Assembly (NCBI GenBank): GCA_030696105.1
Contig: JAUYNJ010000005.1
Location: 13,678-77,677, forward strand
Direction of reading: 5' to 3'
DNA from: a bacterium
GTDB taxonomy: Bacteria > Patescibacteriota > Patescibacteriia > Patescibacteriales > UBA12465
DNA: 64,000 nt
In this document: positions 1-10,328 of the stretch, piece after piece
How positions within the stretch are numbered: the stretch's first letter is position 1
How the letters are laid out: the number at the start of each line of letters is the position of its first letter
Notes under the pieces: model-generated
The model's input: only the letters and a program-made list of their open reading frames with translations
Told to the model about the DNA's origin: nothing
Database searches by the model: none
Made by a program: the position numbers and the translations under genes

Positions 1-195
1 GCTATTTCAATTCTGAGCGATGAGCTTATCAGGAAGAGTATTGATGAAATTATGAAGATGGAAGTTACTGACATCGCGCCATATCTCGGCATAGAAATCA
101 GTCCGCGGCGACAGCGTTGTGCGCACCTTGGTCTGCGCGCTATTCAAGGCGCCTTAAAGCAATTAAACACGCAAGTGTCAGCTATAAGCGTTTAA
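1..195 (+). CDS. 3' end of Fe-S cluster scaffold protein (SufU/IscU/NifU N-terminal family), partial
   Basis: Frame 1 reads AISILSDELIRKSIDEIMKMEVTDIAPYLGIEISPRRQRCAHLGLRAIQGAL...TAA at 193-195; LGIxISPxRxxCAxL is the SufU/IscU C-terminal motif. Confidence 0.75.
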   Translation, partial: AISILSDELIRKSIDEIMKMEVTDIAPYLGIEISPRRQRCAHLGLRAIQGALKQLNTQVSAISV

Positions 196-205
196 GCGAT
201 ATAGT

Positions 206-1966
206 TTAAGTGGCTTGATCTTCACTGAGACTGAGCCAGAGCTCTTCCTTATCGGCTATGCGTCGTTTGATGTCCTCTAACTCTTGCGCTTTTTCACTGC
301 TATAATTTTGATAATTCTCTAGAAAATAAGCGAGCAGTTCTTGTTTGTACGCATGTAACTTTGTCAGCTCTTTTTCAAGGGCGACAATTTGTTTTTGGCG
401 AGCGCGGTTTTCTTCGTAAAGCCGCCGGTCTTCAACTTTTGATTTAAGCGGGGCTGTATCTTCTTCCGCTTGTTTCCATAACTCTTTTTCTAAACGGACA
501 ACGTACTCGTTGTAGTCTTCATGGCGGCGCTTGGCGCTGCCATTTTTTATTTCCACAATCCCCGTCGCCAATAGACTTGAAAATGTGCGATCGTGACTCG
601 CAAAGAGTACTGTGCCAGCGTATCGTTGTAAGGCCTGACCGAGGGCTTCGGTAGTTTCAAAATCAAGATGACAGGTCGGCTCATCAAGGATAAGAATATC
701 GGGCTTTGATAATAATAGGGCAGCTAATAATATCCGAGAGCGTTCACCGCCTGATAAGACGCCAATCGGTTTTTTTAAATCTTCATCTCGAAATAGAAAA
801 TCTCCAGCCATCTTCAAGACCGCTTCCGTTTTCACCTCCGCCGAAGCAGAGCTACGTAAAAAATCACCAGTCTGAACATTTACTGTCATCTGATCAATCT
901 CTTCTTGTCCGTGATAGGCGAGGCGGCTATTAGCCGCGAAGTGAAAGTCGCCACCGAGCGGATTAATGCGTCCAGCCAGGGTTTTAATTAAGGTTGTCTT
1001 ACCTTGTCCGTTTAAGCCGAGCAAGGCGAGTTTTTCACCCGAGCGGCAATCAAAATCAATCTCAGCAGCAACCGCTGTTTGATTGTAACCGATGGCAAGA
1101 TTATTTATCTTTAAGGCGAAGTTTGTGCGTTTCGGTACGGGTGGGATGTTAATGCGAGTAATACCAGCTTGATGCTCGATGGTAATTCGTTTTTCTTCCA
1201 ACTTACTAATTTTGCGAATAAGCGCCTGTGCTTGTTTCGCCTTAGATGCTTTTGAGCGAAAGCGGTCAACAAACTCTTGCCAGTGCTCCTGCTGACGCTC
1301 AAGACTTTCGTTGGCTTTAATAAGTGTATTTAATTTTTGTTCTTTAAATTCAAGATAGGCCTCGATGTCTCCAGGGTAGTGGTAGCAGCCAGATTTTGAA
1401 ATTTCAATTGTTTCTTCGCAGGTGCGTTTTAGGAATTCGCGGTCATGAGAAATAATTAAAAAGCTGCCGCGGTATGAGCGTAGATAATTTTCAAGTAGTA
1501 GCAGTGTATTTAAATCTAAATAATTGCTCGGCTCGTCGAGCAAGAAAAGATTTGGCTCAGACAAGAGCATGCTTGTTAATTTTAAACGCATGCGCCAACC
1601 TCCTGATAAACTCGATGCTTCCTGAGACAGTTTCTCGGTCCCCAGTTCAAACTTACTCGCCACCTGACGCAGGCGCCATTCCGGCCTTCCGCTGTGGCGG
1701 TGTAAATATTGCAGGGCAGTTTCGCCCTCCTGCCAATCTTCTGTTTGTTTGAGATAACCGAGAGTCGTGTCGGCGTGAATTAAGATGTCGCCTGTGTCCG
1801 CTTCTTCTTCGCCACAAAGTATTTTGAATAATGTTGATTTGCCGGCACCGTTGCGACCGATGACGCCAATTTTTTGTTTCTCGGATACGCTAAAGGAAAG
1901 GTTGGAAAAAATTTTCTGACCGCCGTACTCCTTACTTAAGTTGTTTACCTGTAAGAGTATCTTCAT
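206..1966 (-). CDS. ABC-F family ATPase (ribosome-associated, EttA/Uup-like)
   Basis: Two ABC domains (GRNGAGKST/LSGGW/LLDEPSNYLD and GLNGQGKTT/LSGGE/LILDEPTCHLD), inter-domain linker, C-terminal coiled coil, no TM segments. Confidence 0.9.
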   Translation of the reverse strand: MKILLQVNNLSKEYGGQKIFSNLSFSVSEKQKIGVIGRNGAGKSTLFKILCGEEEADTGDILIHADTTLGYLKQTEDWQEGETALQYLHRHSGRPEWRLRQVASKFELGTEKLSQEASSLSGGWRMRLKLTSMLLSEPNLFLLDEPSNYLDLNTLLLLENYLRSYRGSFLIISHDREFLKRTCEETIEISKSGCYHYPGDIEAYLEFKEQKLNTLIKANESLERQQEHWQEFVDRFRSKASKAKQAQALIRKISKLEEKRITIEHQAGITRINIPPVPKRTNFALKINNLAIGYNQTAVAAEIDFDCRSGEKLALLGLNGQGKTTLIKTLAGRINPLGGDFHFAANSRLAYHGQEEIDQMTVNVQTGDFLRSSASAEVKTEAVLKMAGDFLFRDEDLKKPIGVLSGGERSRILLAALLLSKPDILILDEPTCHLDFETTEALGQALQRYAGTVLFASHDRTFSSLLATGIVEIKNGSAKRRHEDYNEYVVRLEKELWKQAEEDTAPLKSKVEDRRLYEENRARQKQIVALEKELTKLHAYKQELLAYFLENYQNYSSEKAQELEDIKRRIADKEELWLSLSEDQAT

Positions 1967-1969
1967 AAC

Positions 1970-2470
1970 TTACACCTCGATGCTGATAATCTTAATTATT
2001 TTTTCTTTACCGTTTACCTCAATTTTTATTTCGTCGCCTACTTTTTTATTAAGCAAAGCAGAGCCGAGCGGCGAGAGTAGGGAAATGACGCCAGTAGTCG
2101 GATCAGTTTCAGCGCCTCCGAGGATGGTATAAGTTTTTTCCTTGCCCGCGGTTTCAATAGTGACGCGATGTCCAGCCTTAACAGTGCTTGTATCAGCGTC
2201 GGGAATAACAATTTCGGCTCGTTTAAGTAAGTGCTCAATATCAAGCATGCGCTGGTTGAGACCGCGCAAACGACTCTTCGCCATTTGATAGCCCGCGTTT
2301 TCAGAAAAGTCGCCCATCTCCGCTAGGCGCTTTACTTCCGAGGCCTCCTGGGGGTGACGGGCTTTGAGGCGCGCTAATTTTTGCTCCAGACTGCGGAACT
2401 TTGCGGGGCTCAAATTGTAGTCTTTTGGGGCGCGGTCATTATTTTCACCGCGACGATGTGGTGTTTGCAT
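1970..2470 (-). CDS. greA: Transcription elongation factor GreA/GreB family
   Basis: GDFSENAGY motif and C-terminal ISxxSPLGxALLxKKVGD. Confidence 0.9.
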   Translation of the reverse strand: MQTPHRRGENNDRAPKDYNLSPAKFRSLEQKLARLKARHPQEASEVKRLAEMGDFSENAGYQMAKSRLRGLNQRMLDIEHLLKRAEIVIPDADTSTVKAGHRVTIETAGKEKTYTILGGAETDPTTGVISLLSPLGSALLNKKVGDEIKIEVNGKEKIIKIISIEV

Positions 2471-2565
2471 ATATATGGATATTATCTATTTATCATAAGC
2501 TAAGGCCGAAATTAAAGCAAATATTAGGAATTTTTTAGCTAAAATAAGCAGGGGGAGGTAGAGTT

Positions 2566-2594
2566 TTGACTTTTTTTAAGCTTTCTGTTATAAT
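2566..2594 (+). promoter_or_regulatory. Sigma70 promoter of DEAD-box helicase
   Basis: TTGACT (2566-2571), 17 bp, TATAAT (2589-2594) with extended -10 TG. Confidence 0.7.
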
Positions 2595-2674
2595 TCTCAC
2601 CAGATACATATAAAAAGCTTCTCCATCTATAAATCATTAATTTTAGAAGTGGCTGCTGACAGCCACTTGTTTTT

Positions 2675-4408
2675 ATGTCAAATATGGTCAACACCAAAAC
2701 GGGAGATATCACCGGCTTTTCTGATTTAGGCATCAAGGAAACGATCCTGAAAGTGATCGCAGATCTCGGTTTAACAACTCCCACCCCCATCCAGCATCAA
2801 GCGATTCCTGCCGCTCTTAGCGGCCAGGACATCGTCGGCATTGCTCAGACGGGCACCGGCAAGACTTTCGCCTTCGGCATTCCCATGCTACAGCGCCTTG
2901 CCTTAGTAAAAGGACGCGGCCTCGTGCTGCTGCCAACAAGAGAATTAGCAGGACAAGTTGAAAACAGCCTAGCTAAATTAGGCGGGCCCCTTGGTTTACG
3001 CACGGTTTCTTTAATCGGCGGAGAAGCGATTGGTCGCCAAATTTTCGGTTTAAGACGTCGTCCTCACATTCTCGTAGCGACCCCCGGACGCCTCATTGAT
3101 CACATCAAAAGAGGTACCGTCCGTCTCGATGATATTTCCGTGCTCGTCCTCGACGAAGCGGACATGATGTTCGACATGGGTTTTGCTCCGCAAATAGAAG
3201 AAGTCTTAAAAACAGTTCCGGCAAATCGCCAGACCCTATTGTTTTCGGCAACCATGCCGGCAGCAGTAATGAGACTCGCTGAAAAGCATTTACGTACGCC
3301 CATGCGCGTCGAGGTGTCTCCAGCTGGTAGTACCGCGGAATTAGTTGAGCAAGAAATCTACATTTTGCCTCGCGATAATCGCTACGATCAAGTGATAACA
3401 CTGTTAGGTGAGTATCGTTCTTCGGTTTTGATTTTTGTTCGTACTAAGCATGGTGCAACGAAACTCGCCAAGAAATTACAGCAAGCAGATTACAGTGCAG
3501 CTGAAATTCATTCCAATTTATCCTTTGCCCAAAGACAGGCCTCTTTAGCCGGCTTCAGAAGTGGTAAGCATCGCATTCTCGTCGCCACTGATGTGGCTGC
3601 TCGCGGCTTGGATATTAATGATATTGAGCTAGTCCTAAACTATGACTTGCCTGATAACTCAGAAGACTACGTGCACCGCATTGGTCGCACCGCTCGCGCC
3701 GGCAAGAAGGGTAAGGCAATTTCTTTTGCCGCTCCTGATCAACGTCGCGATATCATGAAGATTGAACAATTAATTAGAAAGACTCTGCCGGTCCGCAATA
3801 TTAAAAGCGGATTTGCAACTCAGTTCGCCCGTGGCAATAAAACCTTGCGTCCGACGCAGTTAGCCGGTGCTAAACCCTTCAAGAAATTTGAACGCCCGGT
3901 GAGTGAAGAAAGACGTAATAAACGGCAGCGCCCGGATGCAATCTCAGAGGTAAAGGGTAAGGATAATACACCCTTTGTGTTTGAAGCTCCTCGTCGCGTC
4001 AATAAGGCCGAAAGGAATTATAGTAGTCTCGGTTTCCGTAAGCGCCCTTCAAGTATTGATGTTCTTGCGACACCAGATTACTTACAGCCAAGTGGCAAGA
4101 CAAGTACTCGTCGTGAGTATAAGCCGTCAGTGATAAGCGGCGGCATGCCTGCTCCAGTGATGACTAACCCTGAGTTTGATGGCGGCAATCGTTTTGCCTT
4201 TCGCCGTAAAATGTTTAAGTTAAAAGAAGAGGCTAAGGGTCACGCTCGTCGTGTTCCTGGCGCCTACAAGTCTGCCGCTAAGCCGACTGCAAAAACAAGC
4301 CCTAGGCCCGATGCAAAACCAGCGGCCTTCCGCGCTGAAGCCCCGACTCGCACTCGTTCCGCCAGTTCTCATGGCGCTCATGTGCGTAGTTTCAAGGGTC
4401 GCGCTTAA
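2675..4408 (+). CDS. DEAD-box RNA helicase with long basic C-terminal tail
   Basis: Q motif, AQTGTGKT, PTRELA, DEAD, SAT, HRIGRTAR; about 200 aa Arg/Lys-rich low-complexity tail. Confidence 0.95.
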   Translation: MSNMVNTKTGDITGFSDLGIKETILKVIADLGLTTPTPIQHQAIPAALSGQDIVGIAQTGTGKTFAFGIPMLQRLALVKGRGLVLLPTRELAGQVENSLAKLGGPLGLRTVSLIGGEAIGRQIFGLRRRPHILVATPGRLIDHIKRGTVRLDDISVLVLDEADMMFDMGFAPQIEEVLKTVPANRQTLLFSATMPAAVMRLAEKHLRTPMRVEVSPAGSTAELVEQEIYILPRDNRYDQVITLLGEYRSSVLIFVRTKHGATKLAKKLQQADYSAAEIHSNLSFAQRQASLAGFRSGKHRILVATDVAARGLDINDIELVLNYDLPDNSEDYVHRIGRTARAGKKGKAISFAAPDQRRDIMKIEQLIRKTLPVRNIKSGFATQFARGNKTLRPTQLAGAKPFKKFERPVSEERRNKRQRPDAISEVKGKDNTPFVFEAPRRVNKAERNYSSLGFRKRPSSIDVLATPDYLQPSGKTSTRREYKPSVISGGMPAPVMTNPEFDGGNRFAFRRKMFKLKEEAKGHARRVPGAYKSAAKPTAKTSPRPDAKPAAFRAEAPTRTRSASSHGAHVRSFKGRA

Positions 4409-4430
4409 TTAGATATTATTTTGCTTATAT

Positions 4431-4982
4431 ATGCCTTCCAGTATTCAATTCACTGAAGATATTGAAGTGCGTGAGCGTCGGGTCCGTCGGGCAAGACACT
4501 TGCGTTTAAGCATTGATGGGAGCGGTCGCGTTTTATTAACGCGGCCGTTTTGGGTTTCAAAGAAGGCAGCCTTATCTTTTTTAGAAGAAAAAAGGACTTG
4601 GCTTGAAGATCGCTGGCGCGAATTATCAACGAGGCCTGAATCAAATTTCAGACGCGGCGGACGGGCTGAGTACCTGCGAGATAAAGAAGCCACGAGAGCG
4701 CTTGTTGTTGATAGACTTAAGTATTTCAATCAATTTTACAATTACAAAATTTCACGCATCGCCATCCGCGACCAACGCACCCGCTGGGGCAGTTGTTCAA
4801 AGAGTGGTGGTCTTAACTTTAATTATCGTTTACTACACTTACCACCTGAATTAGCTGATTATGTTATCCTGCACGAGCTCTGTCATTTAGGCGAGCTTAA
4901 TCACAGTTACGCTTTTTGGGCCCTGATGCAAAAAGTGATGCCAGACTATCTACAAAGACGTCGCACTTTACGCCACGGCTAA
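4431..4982 (+). CDS. M48/YgjP-like (DUF45) zinc metallohydrolase
   Basis: RWGSCS motif and HELCH (HExxH) followed by NHSxxFW. Confidence 0.85.
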   Translation: MPSSIQFTEDIEVRERRVRRARHLRLSIDGSGRVLLTRPFWVSKKAALSFLEEKRTWLEDRWRELSTRPESNFRRGGRAEYLRDKEATRALVVDRLKYFNQFYNYKISRIAIRDQRTRWGSCSKSGGLNFNYRLLHLPPELADYVILHELCHLGELNHSYAFWALMQKVMPDYLQRRRTLRHG

Positions 4983-5094
4983 GCGCTAAATGTTGACTTT
5001 GGGCAGTAAATATGGCATAATACTACTTCTGTTCCCGTCTAAATTTATTACTGATATAATATAAATATTCATACATTATTATTTAAACCACTAT

Positions 5095-7023
5095 ATGAAA
5101 AGAAAACGCCGAATTATCATCGGATCCGTCATCGCCGTAGTAGTCATTCTCTTAATATGGCTATTAACCAAAGGCGAGGCTGCACCCGTTTACTCAACCG
5201 TTACGGTTGAAGCCGGACCACTTACGCAAACTGTAAGTGAGACCGGCACTGTTAAACCTGTTAAAGAGGTTGCTTTAAATTTTTTAACATCCGGACGTAT
5301 TAACGCCATGCCTGTGAAAATTGGTGACAAGGTTGTCGCTGGCACTGAGCTAGCTTCGCTAGACGATAGCGCGCTGCTGTCACGTCGGGCTGAAGCGGCA
5401 GCTGGATTACAAATCGCCCAAGCTTCCTTGTCTAAAATTTTAGCTGGTGCGAGCAGTGAGAATATTGCGGTTAGCCGTTCAAATTTAACCCAGGCGCAAT
5501 CTTCAGCAGCTTCCGCCAAAGTTGATTTAAACAATGTTAAAAGCACGGTGGCTGAGAATATTCGTCAGGCCCAGAAAGCGCTAGCTGATTTAGAATCAAA
5601 GGACCCTTCAACCCCAACGCCAGCGGAACAGGCTATCGCTTCAGCTCAGACCGCACTTGATAACGCTAAGCTGACTGGTGCGAAGAATGTTGAAAATGCT
5701 CGTAACTCCGCTACTCTTACTTTAGGTGATAAAATCTTGAGCGCTAAGATTGCGCTTGATAATATCAACACTATTTTAGAAGATGATGCCGCAAAGGACG
5801 TTTTAAGTGTTAAAAATAGTGCTTTACTCACTCGCACGAAAGATGCGCGCGCAGCGGCCTTAGCTCTTGTTGCTCCAGCTGAACAGGCTGTCGCCGCCGC
5901 TAAAGTCGCTGGCACTGAATCCTCAATTAATGACGCCGGTATCAAGGTTAAAGCCCTCTTGTTGGCAACCAACACTATGCTTGATGCTGCCTACGGCATG
6001 CTCGAAGCCACAATTACTAGCGTTGACTTTCCTCAATCCCGTCTTGATAGCTTCAAGACTTTAGTGAGTACACAGTCAGCACAGGTAAACGCTGCGTCAA
6101 ACGCCACTGAGGCTGCAGTTCAGGGTTTGCGTAATGCTATTCTCGCTAGTGCGACTGGTATTTCCTCCGCTGAAGAGGGTTTAAGACAAGCAGAAATTGG
6201 ACTTGATAATGCAATCATTGCTGCCCGCAATGCTTTAAGTAGCGCCCGCCTTGGTGGCGATCAACAAATCGCTGCTGCGCAGGCCCGCTCCGATAGCGCC
6301 GAACAATCGATTGCGGTTGCTCAGGCTCAACTCACCAGCACTATGGCTCCGGCACGTGCTCAAGATGTTTCACTTGCTCAAGCGCAAGTTACTCAAGCAC
6401 AAGCCGCTTTGGCTGGCATCGATCAGCAGTTAGCCGATAGTCGTTTAGTGGCGCCGCTTGATGGTATTGTCACTCAGGTAAATTACGAAGTTGGCGAACA
6501 GTTTGGTATGGGCGGAAAACCGGCCGTCTCAATTTTAGTAAATAACAGCTTTAACATTGAAGTCGATATTGCTGAATCAAATATCAGTAAGATTAAAGTT
6601 GGTGATCAGGCTGATGTCACTCTCGACGCGTTTCCTGATGACTTCATTTTAAAAGGTGTAGTCAGTTTTATCGAACCGGCCCAGACCTTGATTGCTGATA
6701 TTGTATATTACAAAGTAAAAATTGACTTCGCTGATTTGAGCACCACTTTAGCGCAACTTGAAACTCGCGCTTACGTCCTCAAAGCCGGCATGACGGCTAA
6801 CGTCGTCATTACAACTGACAGTCGAGCTGACACTATGTCTGTTCCGGCCCGCGCTATTATCGACAAGGACGGGCAAGCTATTGTTCGCTTGCTTGTAAAT
6901 AAAGAGTTAAAGGAAGTCCCGGTTGTTACCGGTTTGCGTGGCGATGAGGGTAAAGTCGAAATCTTAAGCGGCATTAAAGCCGGCGACGAAGTCATTACCT
7001 TTATTCAAAACGGAGATAAATAA
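5095..7023 (+). CDS. Efflux membrane-fusion/adaptor subunit (MacA/HlyD-like) with very long coiled coil
   Basis: N-terminal TM anchor, lipoyl-like GDKVxAG and APLDGIV halves around an Ala/Gln-rich helical hairpin, C-terminal VxTGL..GxVEIxSG. Confidence 0.85.
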   Translation: MKRKRRIIIGSVIAVVVILLIWLLTKGEAAPVYSTVTVEAGPLTQTVSETGTVKPVKEVALNFLTSGRINAMPVKIGDKVVAGTELASLDDSALLSRRAEAAAGLQIAQASLSKILAGASSENIAVSRSNLTQAQSSAASAKVDLNNVKSTVAENIRQAQKALADLESKDPSTPTPAEQAIASAQTALDNAKLTGAKNVENARNSATLTLGDKILSAKIALDNINTILEDDAAKDVLSVKNSALLTRTKDARAAALALVAPAEQAVAAAKVAGTESSINDAGIKVKALLLATNTMLDAAYGMLEATITSVDFPQSRLDSFKTLVSTQSAQVNAASNATEAAVQGLRNAILASATGISSAEEGLRQAEIGLDNAIIAARNALSSARLGGDQQIAAAQARSDSAEQSIAVAQAQLTSTMAPARAQDVSLAQAQVTQAQAALAGIDQQLADSRLVAPLDGIVTQVNYEVGEQFGMGGKPAVSILVNNSFNIEVDIAESNISKIKVGDQADVTLDAFPDDFILKGVVSFIEPAQTLIADIVYYKVKIDFADLSTTLAQLETRAYVLKAGMTANVVITTDSRADTMSVPARAIIDKDGQAIVRLLVNKELKEVPVVTGLRGDEGKVEILSGIKAGDEVITFIQNGDK

Positions 7024-7040
7024 GCAATAACGCAAATGAT

Positions 7041-7763
7041 ATGGCTAAGGCCTTGATTGAATTAAAAAATCTTAAAAAAACATATGTAACTGGCGATTTA
7101 GAAACCCCAGTGCTGAAAGATGTAAATTTTGAGATAAAGAAAGGTGAGTTTGTGGCCATCATGGGACCATCTGGCTCCGGGAAGTCGACTTTAATGCATA
7201 TTCTTGGGCTACTTGAACGTCCATCAGAGGGCACATATCTTTTTGCCGGCAAAGACATTAATACGCTTGATGATGAACAGCTCGCGCATATGCGCAATCA
7301 AGAAATCGGCTTCGTCTTTCAGGCCTTTAACTTGCTTGCTCGCACAAGTGTGATTGATAATGTAAAATTGCCGCTCATTTATTCGCAAGACAAAAAGAAC
7401 ATGGAGGGGCGCGCTAAAAAGGTTTTAGAAAGCGTTGGTCTCGGCCACCGTCTATCATATTTTACCAACCAGATATCTGGTGGTGAAAAACAGCGCGTGG
7501 CAATTGCTCGCGCCTTAGTTAATGAACCAGCCGTCATATTCGCCGATGAGCCTACCGGTAATCTTGATTCGAAGTCAGGTGTACAAGTGATGGAAATACT
7601 GCAGTCATTAAATAATGAGGGTAAGACGATTATCCTCGTTACGCACGAAACATTTACGGCCGAACACGCTCAGCGCATTATCCGTGTTCACGATGGCAAT
7701 ATTGTTGGCGATGAGATTGTGCCGAAACAACGCATCGCCAGTGACGGAGTATTCTTGAAATAA
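7041..7763 (+). CDS. ABC transporter ATP-binding protein (MacB/LolD family)
   Basis: [33 protein letters not shown]. Confidence 0.92.
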   Translation: MAKALIELKNLKKTYVTGDLETPVLKDVNFEIKKGEFVAIMGPSGSGKSTLMHILGLLERPSEGTYLFAGKDINTLDDEQLAHMRNQEIGFVFQAFNLLARTSVIDNVKLPLIYSQDKKNMEGRAKKVLESVGLGHRLSYFTNQISGGEKQRVAIARALVNEPAVIFADEPTGNLDSKSGVQVMEILQSLNNEGKTIILVTHETFTAEHAQRIIRVHDGNIVGDEIVPKQRIASDGVFLK

Positions 7764-7767
7764 TTAA

Positions 7768-9015
7768 ATGTTAGAGAATCTAAAACAACTTCTGACGCTC
7801 GCTGTCCGGGCCTTGCTTAGCAATAAGACCCGGAGTTTTTTAACGATGCTCGGTATTATTATTGGTGTCGGCGCAGTTGTGATGATTATGGCGCTTGGTG
7901 CGGGTGCTCAGTCTTTGATTCTAGGACAGTTAGATGGATTTGGCAGTGATTTAATTGGGGTTTTGCCTGGGCAATCAGATGAAAAAGGACCGCCCGCCTC
8001 GGCTTTCGGTGTGACGATTACGACCTTAAAGAAATCAGACGCCGATGCTTTACGTGAACCACGCAATGTGCCGCACGCACAATATGTCGCCGCGATATAT
8101 GACGCCAGTGTGTCTTTATCTTGGCGTGATCAAAGTTACGACACTAATTTGCAAGGAGCCTCTGGTGATTATCTGGAAATTGACGGCGGTGAAATTGAAT
8201 TCGGACGTTTCTTTACTAAGGAGGAGCTAGATTCAAATTTACGCCTAGTCGTTCTTGGCAGCACCGTGGCCGAAGAATTGTTTGGCGAGAATAATCCCAT
8301 CGGTCAAAGGATAAGGGTTAAGAATCAGACTGTCAGTGTTATTGGTGTTATGAAAGAGAGAGGACAGGTCGCTTTTCAAGATAATGATGACATTGTCATT
8401 TCTCCGCTTTTATTTGCTCAACGAGAAATTGCTGGGGTAAATTACCTGAGTTCAATTTCTATTAAGGTGAATAGTCCTGAAAACATCGACGAAAGCATGG
8501 AGATGATTCGGATGACTCTGCGCGAGCGACATGATATCGATAGTCCGGCTGATGATGATTTTTCGGTGCGTAGCATCCAGGATGCTTTAGACCTTGTTAC
8601 TAGCATTACCGACGCACTGCGTTATTTCTTAGCTGCTATGGCCGCCTTATCATTACTCGTTGGTGGTATTGGTATTATGAATATTATGCTTGTCGGTGTT
8701 ACCGAGCGCACCCGCGAAATTGGCTTACGTAAAGCGATTGGCGCAACGAGACGTCAGGTCTTAACTCAGTTCTTATTAGAAGCCATCGCCTTAACCTTAT
8801 TTGGCGGAATCATCGGCTTAATCAGTGGCGCCGCCTTTTCGTATTTAGTGGCAATTATTGTCCGCTCGCTTGATTATAGATGGGATTTTGTAATATCAGC
8901 CTATTCAATTATTATTGCGGTGGGGCTTTCAACTCTTATCGGCGTTATTTTTGGCTATTACCCTGCTTGGCGCGCTAGTCGTCTAAGTCCAATTGAAGCT
9001 TTACGATATGAATGA
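7768..9015 (+). CDS. MacB-type ABC permease 1
   Basis: RSFLTMLGIIIGV, large extracellular domain, GGIGIMNIMLVGVTERTREIGLRKAIGA, SPIEALRYE. Confidence 0.9.
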   Translation: MLENLKQLLTLAVRALLSNKTRSFLTMLGIIIGVGAVVMIMALGAGAQSLILGQLDGFGSDLIGVLPGQSDEKGPPASAFGVTITTLKKSDADALREPRNVPHAQYVAAIYDASVSLSWRDQSYDTNLQGASGDYLEIDGGEIEFGRFFTKEELDSNLRLVVLGSTVAEELFGENNPIGQRIRVKNQTVSVIGVMKERGQVAFQDNDDIVISPLLFAQREIAGVNYLSSISIKVNSPENIDESMEMIRMTLRERHDIDSPADDDFSVRSIQDALDLVTSITDALRYFLAAMAALSLLVGGIGIMNIMLVGVTERTREIGLRKAIGATRRQVLTQFLLEAIALTLFGGIIGLISGAAFSYLVAIIVRSLDYRWDFVISAYSIIIAVGLSTLIGVIFGYYPAWRASRLSPIEALRYE

Positions 9016-10249
9016 TATCCTTGGGCGACTAGTCGTCGCTTCTCAACTTGCTCTTCGATCACTCCGTCTCAATTTCGTTCGCACGAGCCTGACGGTTTTA
9101 GGTGTGGTCATTGGGGTGGCCGCTATCATTATTGTTTTTGCTGCTGGTGATGGCGTTAGTCGCCTTATTTCTGGAGAACTTGAGTCCTATGGCACCAATG
9201 TCATTCAGACCGAAATTAAGACACCAGGGAAAGAAATGCCGAGCGCTGCTGGTGTTACCAGTTTGAAGCTCTCCGACATGGAGGCAATTAACAAAATTGA
9301 TAATGTTACAAGTAGCTATGCCGCTTCTTTAGGGCAGCAAAAAGCCAGTTACGCCGCTGAGAGCAAGAAAATATTTGTCTTTGGTGTTAGCGCCGCCTAC
9401 GCCGAAATTGATACTAAGACTAAACTAGCCTCAGGTGAGTTTTTTACCGAGGAGCAGGATAAAGGTCAGGCGCTGGTGGTCGTCCTTGGGGCAGAAATTA
9501 AAGAATATTTGTTTGGTGATTCTGAAGCAGTGGGCAAGTCCATTCGTCTTGGTAATTTGAAATTCCAGGTGATTGGCGTTCTTGAAGGACAGGGCGGGGC
9601 AGTGAGTTTCCTGAACTTTGATGACATGGTTTATATCCCAATTAACACGCTTCATAAGAGAATTCTCGGCATCGATTACGCGATGTATTTTATGCATCAA
9701 ATTCGTGATTTAGAGATCGCTGACGAAACGGTTGGTGAAATTGAAAGCTTGTTACGTGAAAGACATGATATAACTGACCCTACGAAAGACGATTTCCGTG
9801 TTTCAACCATGGATGAAATGCTTGAAACACTGGGCGTGGTAACGACCGCTGTTACATTGTTATTGTTAATGATTGTTCTTATTTCATTGCTCGTTGGCGG
9901 TGTTGGTATTATGAATATTATGTATGTTACCGTAACTGAGCGTACTCCTGAGATTGGTCTGCGTAAGGCGATGGGGGCTACCAGGCGCGATGTCACTTAT
10001 CAATTTTTAATTGAATCACTGCTCATTACTTTCTGGGGCTGGCTCTTGGGGGCAATTATTGGTGTCTTAGTCTCATATGTATTAAGTCTGGTTGCTCAGA
10101 ACTTTGGCTTTAACTGGCAGCTGGCCTTTCCTTGGCAGGGAATTGGCATCTCTTTTATCTTTTCAATTCTTTGCGGTCTCCTATTTGGCTATCGCCCAGC
10201 CAAGCAAGCGGCTCGTCTAGATCCGGTTGCCGCTCTGCGCGTGGAATAA
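9008..10249 (+). CDS. MacB-type ABC permease 2
   Basis: Paralog of the upstream permease (GGVGIMNIM..TERTPEIGLRKAMGA, DPVAALR); ATG at 9008 overlaps the end of the previous gene. Confidence 0.9.
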   Translation: MNDILGRLVVASQLALRSLRLNFVRTSLTVLGVVIGVAAIIIVFAAGDGVSRLISGELESYGTNVIQTEIKTPGKEMPSAAGVTSLKLSDMEAINKIDNVTSSYAASLGQQKASYAAESKKIFVFGVSAAYAEIDTKTKLASGEFFTEEQDKGQALVVVLGAEIKEYLFGDSEAVGKSIRLGNLKFQVIGVLEGQGGAVSFLNFDDMVYIPINTLHKRILGIDYAMYFMHQIRDLEIADETVGEIESLLRERHDITDPTKDDFRVSTMDEMLETLGVVTTAVTLLLLMIVLISLLVGGVGIMNIMYVTVTERTPEIGLRKAMGATRRDVTYQFLIESLLITFWGWLLGAIIGVLVSYVLSLVAQNFGFNWQLAFPWQGIGISFIFSILCGLLFGYRPAKQAARLDPVAALRVE

Positions 10250-10274
10250 TAAAGCATTTATCGGTATATAAGAA

Positions 10275-10297
10275 GACACCGCAAGTCGGTGTTTTTT
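10275..10297 (+). terminator. Intrinsic terminator after ABC exporter operon
   Basis: ACACCG-CAAGT-CGGTGT followed by T-run. Confidence 0.7.
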
Positions 10298-10299
10298 GG

Positions 10300-10328
10300 T
10301 GGAAGAAAAATATAAGTCAGGCGTAATA
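10300..10328 (+). promoter_or_regulatory. Putative ECF-sigma promoter
   Basis: TGGAAG (10300-10305), 16 bp, CGTA (10322-10325); same motif and spacing as upstream of the ECF sigma gene at 14315. Confidence 0.65.

Noticed and set aside
5400..6430. Quasi-repetitive GCT/CAA-rich DNA in the efflux adaptor
   Set aside because: Reflects Ala/Gln coiled-coil coding, not a DNA repeat array
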